Shown here in pieces: positions 19,639 to 29,736 of a DNA stretch of 64,000 bases; position 1 is the first letter of the stretch, and every line of letters starts with the position of its first letter. The position numbers and the translations under genes are program-made. The notes under the pieces are model-generated. The model did no database searches. It saw only the letters and a program-made list of their open reading frames with translations, and had not been told where the DNA came from. This DNA is from a virus: positions 9,744 to 73,743 of IMG/VR virus record IMGVR_UViG_3300010883_021048; one strand, 5' to 3'.

Positions 19639-21641
19639 AAAGGATCCTCGCTTTTAACAGGCACTACTTCTTGAACTATAGATTTGTATCCACCTGTTCT
19701 CCTGCTATGCCATAAGACTTTCTTTGCCCACTCATAATTTTCCTGTATTCCAGAGCCTATAAACTCAATATCATTTTGTTCTTTTTTCAAAGCTGCCTTT
19801 TGCTCTATAACATTATGAATATTATATCCAAAAGATCTTGATTGAACACGCTCTCTAGGGTGGTTTAGTCTTGCATGCTGGTACATTAGGAGTTCTTGTA
19901 ATACCTCTTCTTCTAGAGATATCTTAAGATGGTTTATCAGAAAGTTTGTAATATCTTTTTCAAAGCTTTCATAATCTAACGCAACTTTTATCGCGGTGGA
20001 CTCATCGACACTCCAATTTATCTCAGAGACCTCAGGAACTACAATTCCCCAATGACGGTCATTTTGTAATATACTTTTCATATTATGCAAAATCAAGTGG
20101 TGCTCATCAGAAAGAAAAGACCCCTTGTCTTTATTTACATTGACATATTCAAGGAGTGAAGTGTAGAACTGCTTGTATGTAATACCTAAGTGGTTTCTAA
20201 GAAATCTAGATATAAATTGTGTGGGACCTAAGTAGTGTCCAAATATTACAAGCCATCTAAATTGGTGACCTTCAAGCCATTGTTCATGAGTAAACGTGTC
20301 TGTTTTAGTAACAAATTTAGATGTGTCTTCGCTCAACTTTCCGTCAATATGACGATGATGAAAGCGTGGCTGTGTAACAGAGACTTCTATTCCGTATTTA
20401 TTTATAAATTCCGGGCGACTGAATGGCGTATTAACAAGCGCAGTCATCAAATGGATATCAAGGTAGTTGTGATAATCTAACTCTATGATTTTACATACAC
20501 CATCGACAAATGTCTCGACTGTCTCTTCGGGAAGTCCCCATATGAGTTCAACGTAACTTGATATATTTTTGCTTTCGTACATCTCGACAAACTCTTTTAG
20601 CTTCCCGCCGTCGACATTCTTTCTTTTAACAGCTTTTAAGACATCAGCATTCATCGACTGTAGCGCGATGGTCATTCCCTTCTGGCAGCCGGCGTCTTCT
20701 AAAACTTTCGCAATTTCTAGTACTCTATCAGCTTGCCCTTTTACCCACGTAACTCTAAAAGCATGAGGGTAGCCAGTCTCTTCCTTCTTACTCTTAACGT
20801 ACAAGGAGAGATCCATATCTAAATCATAATACATACCATAATTTGAATTTGCATCAGTAATATACTCTATCTTATTCTCTGTTATCCAGTCAATTTCTTG
20901 CTTGATCTTGTCGTAATTTTTGTATACTTTAGTGTAGTACTTTTCACCAATTTCACAAAATGCACATTGAAACGGGCACCCTCTAGCAGACTCAACAATA
21001 GCGCTGTATTCTAGACCTGAATCATTTTCTGATACAAGCTTATCATAGAAACCATTAAGATAAGGACTTTCATAGCTCTTTATGTCTTTTAGTCGGCTTC
21101 GTGGAATTTGCGGATGCTGTACTTTTCCATCGAAAAAAGTTATTCCAGCTATAGACTTATAGTCGGGATTTTGTGCTAACTTTTGTTCTAGTATCTCTAC
21201 GAATGTAACTTCGCCCTCACCGTGAACCAAGATATCAACATAAGGATGATCCTCGAAAAAATTGCCTACTCTATCTGCTAGAGGTTGCTGCTGACCACCA
21301 AAAACTATTAAGCAGCCAGGATATTTTTCTTTTATACCTTTTGCTATCTTAAGATTAATGTTCCAGTTCCATATAAAGCAAGAAAAACCTATAACGTCAG
21401 GCTCATGTATTTCTGATACTATCTCTTCATGTGGTTGACGATAGTAGAACCATTTCTTTAATTCATAGTTATCGGCAACTGCTTGATTTGCAAAAGCGTA
21501 AGAAGCCACGACACCTGTTGAGTATGGCAAATATACTTGGTTCGCAAATACGTCAGACAACTCAAGCAGATACATATTTTTTTTCATGGTAGATATTTCT
21601 TTCCCATGAAGGAAGCTGTCATTAACTTCTTCTTTAGCCAC
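19635..21641 (-). CDS. Cobalamin-binding radical SAM enzyme, paralogue of 15778-17751
   Basis: QVYLPYSTG, GFSCFIWNW, HGEGEVTF, RGCPFQCAFCEIG. Confidence 0.9.
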   Translation of the reverse strand: MAKEEVNDSFLHGKEISTMKKNMYLLELSDVFANQVYLPYSTGVVASYAFANQAVADNYELKKWFYYRQPHEEIVSEIHEPDVIGFSCFIWNWNINLKIAKGIKEKYPGCLIVFGGQQQPLADRVGNFFEDHPYVDILVHGEGEVTFVEILEQKLAQNPDYKSIAGITFFDGKVQHPQIPRSRLKDIKSYESPYLNGFYDKLVSENDSGLEYSAIVESARGCPFQCAFCEIGEKYYTKVYKNYDKIKQEIDWITENKIEYITDANSNYGMYYDLDMDLSLYVKSKKEETGYPHAFRVTWVKGQADRVLEIAKVLEDAGCQKGMTIALQSMNADVLKAVKRKNVDGGKLKEFVEMYESKNISSYVELIWGLPEETVETFVDGVCKIIELDYHNYLDIHLMTALVNTPFSRPEFINKYGIEVSVTQPRFHHRHIDGKLSEDTSKFVTKTDTFTHEQWLEGHQFRWLVIFGHYLGPTQFISRFLRNHLGITYKQFYTSLLEYVNVNKDKGSFLSDEHHLILHNMKSILQNDRHWGIVVPEVSEINWSVDESTAIKVALDYESFEKDITNFLINHLKISLEEEVLQELLMYQHARLNHPRERVQSRSFGYNIHNVIEQKAALKKEQNDIEFIGSGIQENYEWAKKVLWHSRRTGGYKSIVQEVVPVKSEDPL

Positions 21642-22396
21642 TATGAATCCCTTTCAAAGACAGGTATCGGTACCATCTTATGCTTGTTGGATCTATGAAA
21701 CTTGTTATAAATTTCTAGTACTTCTCTCTCTCTGTCATTCACAGGCTCATTGTTAGGATGCTGCATAGCCCTCTCTAGCTCATTGTATGTTGCACCTATT
21801 TGGTCTTCATCTGTTCTTCCATCATCCCACAGACCGTCGGTGGGGGGTGCGGTAACTATAGAATCTAATACACCAAGTGACATTGCCATCTGTTTTACTT
21901 CTGACTTGTATAGATCAGCGATAGGAGATATGTCAACACCACCGTCACCGTACTTGGTAAAAAACCCAATCCCAAAATCTTCCACCTTGTTTCCTGTCCC
22001 AACCACTATACCGTTAGAAGTTGAAGCTATTTGGTAAAGCATCATCATCCTTAATCTTGATCGTGCATTTGCAAGGCTTAAGTCAGACGTTTCATCATCA
22101 GATAATGAAGAGCAAAACGAGTCAAACGTAGAAGTTAGATCTTTCGTTATGCTAACAACATTTTTAGAATAATTTGATAGTAGCCACTCAGCATGGTCTA
22201 TAGAGAGATCATCTTGCTTTTTTATCTGATGAATCGGAAGCCGTAATATAACAGTCTTTAATCCTGTCATCGCACAAAGAGTTGACACAAGAGAAGAATC
22301 TATACCACCAGATATTCCAACCACCAGAGCCTTTTTGTTAGCAGCCAAAGCGTATTTGCTTATCCAGCTTACTACGTCTTCTGGGGCTGGAATCAT
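21641..22396 (-). CDS. nadE: NH3-dependent NAD+ synthetase
   Basis: VGISGGIDS, NARSRLRM, GTGNKVED, FFTKYGDGGVD, PTDGLW...DEDQIG. Confidence 0.95.
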   Translation of the reverse strand: MIPAPEDVVSWISKYALAANKKALVVGISGGIDSSLVSTLCAMTGLKTVILRLPIHQIKKQDDLSIDHAEWLLSNYSKNVVSITKDLTSTFDSFCSSLSDDETSDLSLANARSRLRMMMLYQIASTSNGIVVGTGNKVEDFGIGFFTKYGDGGVDISPIADLYKSEVKQMAMSLGVLDSIVTAPPTDGLWDDGRTDEDQIGATYNELERAMQHPNNEPVNDREREVLEIYNKFHRSNKHKMVPIPVFERDS

Positions 22397-22398
22397 TT

Positions 22399-23622
22399 TT
22401 ACCCTCCTACTCTAATTACCGTTATACCATCTTGATCAGCGATATAACGGTGGGGATCGATAACAACAGATCCTTGCGGAAACGAAAAGTTTTTAAATTC
22501 TTCGTGTTTACATCCTATCAAGAAACAACTTGCAGCGAAAGCTGGCAACTCATCTCCCAATTTAGGATCATAGCTGGTCACTTCATGACCACGCTCAACT
22601 AATATATTCTCTAATAGTATAGCTGGCGAACCCAATATAAGATTGGTTTCTGGCTTAAATGATCTTCCCATTATAACCTTAGGGAGGTCATGTTCTTCCA
22701 TCAGGTCAGCTAGCCAGTCTGTTTGCTTTTCTCTACAAATCATTAAACTTTCATACCAATCGTAGCTGACATCTAACTTCCTAGCTAGCCAAGATAAAGC
22801 AATATTGTCACGAGGATGGCAACCACCACCGTCACCCATACCACCTTGCATATATTTGGTACTAATTAATCTTTCTGTTGCTAAAAATAAACCGTCCATA
22901 ACATTATCACAATTGACATTCTCTGACTTGTGCGCTACTTCCATAATGATATTCGCAAGACATATTTTCATCGTGATATAAGTGTTATAAGAAACTTTTA
23001 TCATTTCGGCTTCTTCAATCGTACACTTATAAACAGGACGGTCATGAATAGTAGCGTAGAAGTCTCTAGCTGTTTCATAGGCCCCTTGATCATCAACACC
23101 AAAGAGAACAAACTCAGGTTGTGTAAAGTCTTTTATTGTGGTTCCCATCGCGATGAAGAAAGGATTATAGCATAGCTTTACCAATGGGCTGAGAATCGGC
23201 TTTATTTCTGACCTCACAGTACCGGGAAGTACTGTGGATATTATAATAACGATTTTCTCGTTGCCTTGAGCCTCTACCTCATTAGACAGTGTGCTGATCC
23301 CGGCTTTGAGCCAGGTGTAGTCAAAATCAACTCTCTCTTCTGGAATTCTCGTGGTTCCTTCGTATTTCGGATCATGCGGAGTCTGTATCGGAACAAAGAT
23401 TATGTCTGAATTTTCTACAACTTCTTTAACACTTCCAAAATTGATGTTGTGTGTCTTTAAGAGTTCTGGTGCTCCTTCTTCTCTGTAGGGTAGCTCCTTT
23501 GTTTCTAAAATATTCTTAACATTTTCGTCTATGTCATAGCCCCAAACAGAGTGCCCTGCTTTCTCAATAGCCAGCGCACAAGGCAACCCAAGCTTCCCTA
23601 AACCAATAAAACCTACTCTCAT
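22399..23622 (-). CDS. ugd: UDP-glucose/GDP-mannose dehydrogenase family protein
   Basis: GFIGLGKLG, QTP, STVLPGT, YNPFF, AEMIK, GGGCHPRD, SFKPET. Confidence 0.9.
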   Translation of the reverse strand: MRVGFIGLGKLGLPCALAIEKAGHSVWGYDIDENVKNILETKELPYREEGAPELLKTHNINFGSVKEVVENSDIIFVPIQTPHDPKYEGTTRIPEERVDFDYTWLKAGISTLSNEVEAQGNEKIVIIISTVLPGTVRSEIKPILSPLVKLCYNPFFIAMGTTIKDFTQPEFVLFGVDDQGAYETARDFYATIHDRPVYKCTIEEAEMIKVSYNTYITMKICLANIIMEVAHKSENVNCDNVMDGLFLATERLISTKYMQGGMGDGGGCHPRDNIALSWLARKLDVSYDWYESLMICREKQTDWLADLMEEHDLPKVIMGRSFKPETNLILGSPAILLENILVERGHEVTSYDPKLGDELPAFAASCFLIGCKHEEFKNFSFPQGSVVIDPHRYIADQDGITVIRVGG

Positions 23623-23731
23623 TTTTTAAACTCCTTAAATACTCATTTTATGCTATTTAACAGATAACAGTTAAAGTTATCTTAAATCTATCTTCTAGAA
23701 AAATCTATATCCAATTATAACTGTCTTATTT

Positions 23732-24646
23732 CTATTTATCATGCTCTATCCCTTTAGCAATATAGTTTTCCTCAAATTGTCGCTGGTCTAAAGGTGGCTG
23801 GCCTCTTGAAAACATATTCATATAATATACTAACAAGCTACGATAGAATTGTTTGGCATCAATAGGATTACCATGCTGCGTACAGCCATAACTATCTGTA
23901 TATTTCATACCAAAATGGTTAATAGCTGTGGTGTGAAGCGGCCAGCGACCGGAAGATATTTCATATGTTGAATCTTCCAGCTTACATTCATTATCACTAG
24001 AAATTACACTCTCTGGTAGTTTATCCATACCAAGAATTTGTAGCGCTTGGTTAGCTTTCTCTAGAAATACTAGACTGGTTGGGTGCTGAGGAATCAGAAA
24101 CAGATTTCTTTTTCCCATATTTTCTTCTATAAAAGAGCTAATCTTGATATCTGTAACTTCTTCTTTTTGTCTAAGAATGCTTATCGTCTCTGCATGTCTT
24201 CTAGAGTATTCCCAATCTATCTTATCAGCGTCGTATAATGAAATAATATCTTCATCAGTTAAATTTTCCCTTAGACTCTCTATTACTTCTGAACCATACC
24301 ATCTTTTACAACTAGCATAGTGCGCTGCTTGAGATATCGGCCAGAAAGCAGAGTAGTATGTGTAGGGGAAAGATACCTTCTTACAGCTAGGCTTTAAAAG
24401 AGAGCCGATTGAATCCTTTACAGACGAATCAGTAGAATACTCACCGTGTCTTGCCTGTAGCGGCTGATACAGGAACAGGTCTGCTGTCTTAACGTGATCG
24501 TGATCTATCGTGTGCGCACCTTGCATGACCATCCAATTTGCGTATTGGTGTACTTCATACACTTCTTCAAATTGCTTACTTTTCTGCATGAAATTAACCA
24601 TGCCAGTGTTATGACAATTGCCCCAGAATACGGCTTTCTTCTTCAT
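23732..24646 (-). CDS. WcbI-like polysaccharide biosynthesis protein
   Basis: N-terminal FWGNCH, DLFLYQP, SFPYTY..AFWP, LFLIPQHPT. Confidence 0.65.
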   Translation of the reverse strand: MKKKAVFWGNCHNTGMVNFMQKSKQFEEVYEVHQYANWMVMQGAHTIDHDHVKTADLFLYQPLQARHGEYSTDSSVKDSIGSLLKPSCKKVSFPYTYYSAFWPISQAAHYASCKRWYGSEVIESLRENLTDEDIISLYDADKIDWEYSRRHAETISILRQKEEVTDIKISSFIEENMGKRNLFLIPQHPTSLVFLEKANQALQILGMDKLPESVISSDNECKLEDSTYEISSGRWPLHTTAINHFGMKYTDSYGCTQHGNPIDAKQFYRSLLVYYMNMFSRGQPPLDQRQFEENYIAKGIEHDK

Positions 24647-24652
24647 AAGATG

Positions 24653-25501
24653 CTACCCCTCGCTTGAATGCCGGCCATCATAATTATCATCTTTCGTAGG
24701 ATAGTAATCCCTGAACTGATGAATTAGTGGGTGCGAGGAAGATCTCCATTGTGCATGATGAAGACATTGTATTGATTCTGGATTATTTCCTTGTTCATAC
24801 CCAAGAAGACCAAAGCATACTGGTATTGTTACGTCGCCTGCAGCACCGACAGTCCAATGAGAAGATACTAAATCCCTAAAGACATCATCATTTTCTTTTA
24901 TAAACTTGTGCACGTTATTAAACGCTTCTGACTCGTAGATATAAGGCCAGCCGTAGTTGTCTACTTCAACCGCTGATGCTCCTGATACTTTCTTAAAAAC
25001 ATCATTCCAGTTCGGTGTTGTTGACCACTTAGGCCAGCTAGTGCAATAATTAACAGGCTCGCATATAAGCTTATGGTCGGTCGGCATAGTAAGCTTACCT
25101 CTGACTAAAACGTCTGTTTCCATCATAAGCATATAGGGTTTCTGCGCGTACTCTACAGCAGCTTTGTTTCTATCCAGCCAACTCATACCGGTATGATATA
25201 ACTTATCAAAATACTCTTTTTCTTTTTGGTCAATGCAGGGAGAGCCTTTTGGTGAAATTTCGTTTATTAGATACTCAGCCATCCCGGGTTTCTGGCACCA
25301 CCCGCGAGCGTCGTCTTCAATCGTTGTTTTAAGAAACGGATGCTTCTTTTCCAAATAAGAAAAATCATTTCCGCCATCAGAAACTAGATATACTGGGCAC
25401 TCTGGATAAATTGAATAAAGCTTCTCTAAAGAGTACTCTATGGCTTTACCCTCTGTGTAACACGTAAAAAACACACCAAAATCCGACATATCTAACTCCA
25501 A
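24653..25501 (-). CDS. GT-A fold glycosyltransferase-like protein
   Basis: YLVSDGG and MMETDV motifs; glycan-island context; start may be the ATG of MSDF. Confidence 0.55.
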   Translation of the reverse strand: MELDMSDFGVFFTCYTEGKAIEYSLEKLYSIYPECPVYLVSDGGNDFSYLEKKHPFLKTTIEDDARGWCQKPGMAEYLINEISPKGSPCIDQKEKEYFDKLYHTGMSWLDRNKAAVEYAQKPYMLMMETDVLVRGKLTMPTDHKLICEPVNYCTSWPKWSTTPNWNDVFKKVSGASAVEVDNYGWPYIYESEAFNNVHKFIKENDDVFRDLVSSHWTVGAAGDVTIPVCFGLLGYEQGNNPESIQCLHHAQWRSSSHPLIHQFRDYYPTKDDNYDGRHSSEG

Positions 25502-25645
25502 ATACCTGTAAATATATTAAAATAGCGTGAGCTATTTGTAATGGTTATCAATAAACCTATTATATCGTAGCAGAAGTACATGTACATACCAAAAATCAGA
25601 CACATGCCTTAAACTTAAATTGCTACAAACTAGCTTCGATAGCGA

Positions 25646-26596
25646 TCATTTGCTCATAATCTTTTCGACAGCCGGAAGATATACATTCTTAATAACGCTA
25701 GTCCATGAAAACGTCTCTGCGTACTGTCTTATTTCATGTCTCATAGATGAAGAAATTTCTGCATTTTCTTTGAGCACTGATTGTACGTAAGATGTATTTG
25801 TCATCATTCTTTCTGGAATAACATGTATAAACTCTTTGTCTAGATCTAAATTGCCGCAAGCAAACTCAGAAAGAACTAGACCCAATCCGGCAGACATGGC
25901 CTCCATGCAGACAAGAGGATGAGCTTCGCCGTCGCTGAGAAGAGCTAAGTTTGCGTATCTTGTTAGATTATCATATAAATAGTCTTTACTCCATTCTCCA
26001 AGATACATGTCGGATGAAGCATTAAACCTGCTGTCTGCAATATTTCCTGCGTAGTATAGGTCTTCTATATCTTGAAATATGTGTTGTCTTTTACGAAAGT
26101 CTACCTTTGCTAGGTACATTGAGCGATCTTTAAATTCACACTCTTCTGTGAACCTAAACAAATCGTCCCTAACTCCGTTATGCACAACGTGTATATTTTC
26201 TTTGTTGAATCCGAGTGAGGAATAAATGTTGGCTATACCAGGAGAAAGAGCAAAAATATTAACGTCTGTACTTAAGAATGTCTGTAATATTCTTCTGTAT
26301 CCCGGATCAAATCTATGGGGTTGCTCTAGATATCCATAGTGGCTCGTTATAGCTATATTATCACAATTAATATGTGGTACAATATCTATATGTTCATCGT
26401 ACTGCACGTGTACAAAGTCAGCATTAATAAGGTTTGTCTGTCTTATTATTTCATTCTTATCTCTGACATTTACAATGTGTACTTCATGACCTAAGTCTTC
26501 TAAGGAGCACCTCATATCATGAATTAATATTTCTACTGCGCCCCAACCCGTCGGTGGGATAGGCATAATCCCTGGTCCTATTATAGCAATCTTCAT
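25646..26596 (-). CDS. Glycosyltransferase family 4
   Basis: IPPTGWGAVE, HNGV, GEAHPLVCMEAMSAG. Confidence 0.85.
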   Translation of the reverse strand: MKIAIIGPGIMPIPPTGWGAVEILIHDMRCSLEDLGHEVHIVNVRDKNEIIRQTNLINADFVHVQYDEHIDIVPHINCDNIAITSHYGYLEQPHRFDPGYRRILQTFLSTDVNIFALSPGIANIYSSLGFNKENIHVVHNGVRDDLFRFTEECEFKDRSMYLAKVDFRKRQHIFQDIEDLYYAGNIADSRFNASSDMYLGEWSKDYLYDNLTRYANLALLSDGEAHPLVCMEAMSAGLGLVLSEFACGNLDLDKEFIHVIPERMMTNTSYVQSVLKENAEISSSMRHEIRQYAETFSWTSVIKNVYLPAVEKIMSK

Positions 26597-26598
26597 TG

Positions 26599-27618
26599 TT
26601 ACTGCTCCTTTTCTTTTGCTTCTTCCTGCTTTAGTTTTATCAAGCAGCTTTCACAGATACAGAAGTTGTTCTTGGCATTGCCAGTTCCGGCACCATCTAT
26701 TGAGATCGACCATTCTTGCAAAACAGTAAAATCCAACTCGCGAGTTTCAACTATACTACAATTTGCGCACACGAATGGTACCTGGATATGGTGAGCATTA
26801 AGATTCCCTATCACTGTTTCCATTGAGTCTTGGGATATATCTGGTTTCCCACCCATAAATCTTGGAAACTCTGAATGAGGCTTATCAACATGAAGCATCA
26901 TTGGAGTTAAGCCGGCGGCGGTTAGAACCTTATGCCAATGATGTTGGTCTGGCCACGCAAAGTTACAAGGTAGTGTGCGAATAAGATCATAATTTTTTAA
27001 AAACCAGCAGTTCATATGAGACTCATCATGCCAATCTGCGCACATATTTCTATTAGAATCACCATCGATCATAAGCTCAAGTTCATTGATCATTTTTTCA
27101 ACTACTGACAACTCACCTCCCCATAAGCATCCTTGATGGTAAAGTTTATCATTGAGATATGATATGCCGTATTCACCTGACTTAAGGATATTTGCGTTAC
27201 TGTCGCCCTCGACTATAAACGCGTTCCATTCTGGGTTCTCGAAATTGCCTGGGTGTTGAACTCCGACTATCGGCTTAGTACCGTCTCCGAAGATTGTATC
27301 ATAGTCTATTTTCTCTAAAGGAAACAAATCTGCATCTAGAAACAACACATCATCTATTTTTCTTTTTTTCATTTCTTCAAGAGAAGCTTTGATGAATTTA
27401 AACCTTAGTAAAGTAACAAACGGCCAGCGATGGTGAGGAATGATAGTGCGAACAACATCGTCTTTTTTAAACATATCTTCTTCTACTCTGTCACTAAATG
27501 CAAAAATAGTCTTTTCACAATCATTTAACAGATTGGATGACACTGCTTCATACCACCTCGGAAAGAAGTCTGCGTACCTGGAGGTACCAATAAACACTAA
27601 ACCTATATTCTTTTTCAT
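26599..27618 (-). CDS. Glycosyltransferase family 6 (ABO / alpha-1,3-Gal(NAc)T-like) with C-terminal Cys4 extension
   Basis: IGLVFIGTSRY, WPFVTLLRF, FLDAD, HPG, YHQGCLWGG, WHDESHMN. Confidence 0.85.
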   Translation of the reverse strand: MKKNIGLVFIGTSRYADFFPRWYEAVSSNLLNDCEKTIFAFSDRVEEDMFKKDDVVRTIIPHHRWPFVTLLRFKFIKASLEEMKKRKIDDVLFLDADLFPLEKIDYDTIFGDGTKPIVGVQHPGNFENPEWNAFIVEGDSNANILKSGEYGISYLNDKLYHQGCLWGGELSVVEKMINELELMIDGDSNRNMCADWHDESHMNCWFLKNYDLIRTLPCNFAWPDQHHWHKVLTAAGLTPMMLHVDKPHSEFPRFMGGKPDISQDSMETVIGNLNAHHIQVPFVCANCSIVETRELDFTVLQEWSISIDGAGTGNAKNNFCICESCLIKLKQEEAKEKEQ

Positions 27619-27626
27619 AAAAATTC

Positions 27627-28898
27627 CTAATTTTCGTTAGATAATGATACTTGCCAGCCGTATCTAGAGACATATTCTAAATTATTGTAGTAATCAACTA
27701 GATTTTCACAACTAAAGTCTTGTAATCTGTTCCAAAGCATTTCATTTTTTAAAAATGCAGGATTATATTTGCTACTGTCATTGCCACGAGGGTGCTCTAA
27801 GTGAACGACATATGATTTTGTCAGTCTAACAATCCGGCCACCCAGCTTTATAAAACGAAAATATCTTTCGACATCCTCTGCACCCCAAGACTTAAACTGT
27901 TCATTTTCGCCGCCGGCGGACTTGTAGAACTCAGTACGAACAAAGATACTTTGACCGTACGCAGCTGAATGCTTTATAGTATGGTCAGGATTTGCTAGCT
28001 TATAAAAATCATTCTGGAAAGTTGCTTGAATCAAAGCGCTGGAGACTTCCTTAACATCAGAATTAAAAACACGAAGCTGATAATTTCCGTTGATGGCATG
28101 CTCATAAGGATATACAACATCAGCACCCAAACTGTGTAATGCACGAAGAGAAGAATCTATGCTAGCTGTCGGTAGTATTATATCGGCATCATGATTACAA
28201 ACGTATAATGTATCGGCGAGATTAATCATCTTGTTTAAGTATCTGGTTCTATGAAAAGGCTCGCCGTCTTCTCGTAACTCGACAGTGCACTTTATTCTAG
28301 AGCGAAAGTTATTATATAGCTCGGCATCATTCGGCGTGATGACCGGACATGGGATACCTAGATTAGTTGATGGTATACTATCATCTACGTAATTAGCAGC
28401 AAACTCATAAAAGCTTAGACTGCTATTCATATCAGAAGAAAAAGAAAATAGCTGCGGAAGCTCTAGGACTTTATACATAAAGAAAGTGAAGAAATCGGAA
28501 GTAGCACAATCAAATGCAGACAGATCTACAGGAGCCGGCTCATTCATAACATCATCAAGATGTGCATGATTCTGGATATAGTTTGTTAAGTCTTCAACAT
28601 ATTGAGAATCAGATTGCTCTCGGCGAGTCCCAAACCAACCGGGCATATTATCAGCAATATTTTTTTTAGTATCACAAATATGAATGCGCAAATTTGCGTT
28701 AGTATTTAGTAAAATCCATGAAACAGTATAGGTTAGATTGTTAAATCTTTGACCACTATCACCACCGAATGGTATCATAAAGGTAAGGTTTTTGTGATCT
28801 ATTTTTTCGTCAAAACAATTCATAACGCTCAACGCTGAATCGATTCGAGGTAAGTTACAGTCTGGCGGAACGCTTTGTCCTTCAGGAAACCATGTCAT
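27627..28898 (-). CDS. GT7-C/GT2-like galactosyltransferase family protein
   Basis: FHRTRYLN, NHDADI, GGENEQFKSWGAEDVERYFR, HLEH. Confidence 0.75.
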   Translation of the reverse strand: MTWFPEGQSVPPDCNLPRIDSALSVMNCFDEKIDHKNLTFMIPFGGDSGQRFNNLTYTVSWILLNTNANLRIHICDTKKNIADNMPGWFGTRREQSDSQYVEDLTNYIQNHAHLDDVMNEPAPVDLSAFDCATSDFFTFFMYKVLELPQLFSFSSDMNSSLSFYEFAANYVDDSIPSTNLGIPCPVITPNDAELYNNFRSRIKCTVELREDGEPFHRTRYLNKMINLADTLYVCNHDADIILPTASIDSSLRALHSLGADVVYPYEHAINGNYQLRVFNSDVKEVSSALIQATFQNDFYKLANPDHTIKHSAAYGQSIFVRTEFYKSAGGENEQFKSWGAEDVERYFRFIKLGGRIVRLTKSYVVHLEHPRGNDSSKYNPAFLKNEMLWNRLQDFSCENLVDYYNNLEYVSRYGWQVSLSNEN

Positions 28899-28923
28899 TT
28901 GTTATATCCCTTATGATCATATT

Positions 28924-29736
28924 TTATGCAATTAGCCAGTGACTACAGTATATAGAACTATAGTCTTTAGGCCCGGTGAGACCAAACCAGTCTTTTGGAG
29001 CTATTATTCGTGATGAATTAGACAACCATGCTGCCCACCAACTAAATGATGAATTCGCTATAACATGTGTATCACACATTGACATCATACACATATCCTC
29101 ATATTGGTTTTTAGCATTAGAAAATGAAAACTCACTTGGCATATTTTTTTTGCACCATTCAATATCATCAGAAAAAACCATGATATGAGTGTTGTCAAAC
29201 GATGTGATGATATTATTTATGGCGATGTTATAGTAAGTTCCGTCCAGGTTTGTATGATACTCTGGTTTTTCCGAGTAGTCACCTCTTCTAACATGCACGG
29301 CACAAAGGTTCATGTCTGGGATAAGACATCTTACTTTGTCTATTTTTAAAGCAGACGCAGATCTAACATCGCTAGCGAAATCGAATTCTTTCTTAATAAT
29401 ATCTTTGTTATGTCCGAAATAACTTTCTGACTGGAAAAATCCGTGAATGTCTGTATCATCTCTAGTTAAGAATATATTAGGATCAAAAGCAAAGCTTGGC
29501 TCCCTGTATTGTCTGTCTATACTTTCCATACCAGAGGAGGAAATCACTTTGGCAGTTAATTGTGGAAATGCTTGAAGCAGCTCATATCTTCCCTTAAGCG
29601 GAAAATCAGATCTTTCAATCGAATCAGGAATAGCAAACTCAGTATCATAATGCTTGGCTAGAGACAGTAGCGTAGCATATTGAAACATTTGGTTTCCTAG
29701 TCTACCGTTTAATCCCAATCCGCTGTAGGTGTACAT
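28924..29736 (-). CDS. Alpha-1,2-fucosyl/colitosyl-transferase (GT11)
   Basis: GRLGNQMFQYA, GFFQSE, HVRRGDY, FSDDIEWC, IANSSFSWWAAWL. Confidence 0.93.
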   Translation of the reverse strand: MYTYSGLGLNGRLGNQMFQYATLLSLAKHYDTEFAIPDSIERSDFPLKGRYELLQAFPQLTAKVISSSGMESIDRQYREPSFAFDPNIFLTRDDTDIHGFFQSESYFGHNKDIIKKEFDFASDVRSASALKIDKVRCLIPDMNLCAVHVRRGDYSEKPEYHTNLDGTYYNIAINNIITSFDNTHIMVFSDDIEWCKKNMPSEFSFSNAKNQYEDMCMMSMCDTHVIANSSFSWWAAWLSNSSRIIAPKDWFGLTGPKDYSSIYCSHWLIA

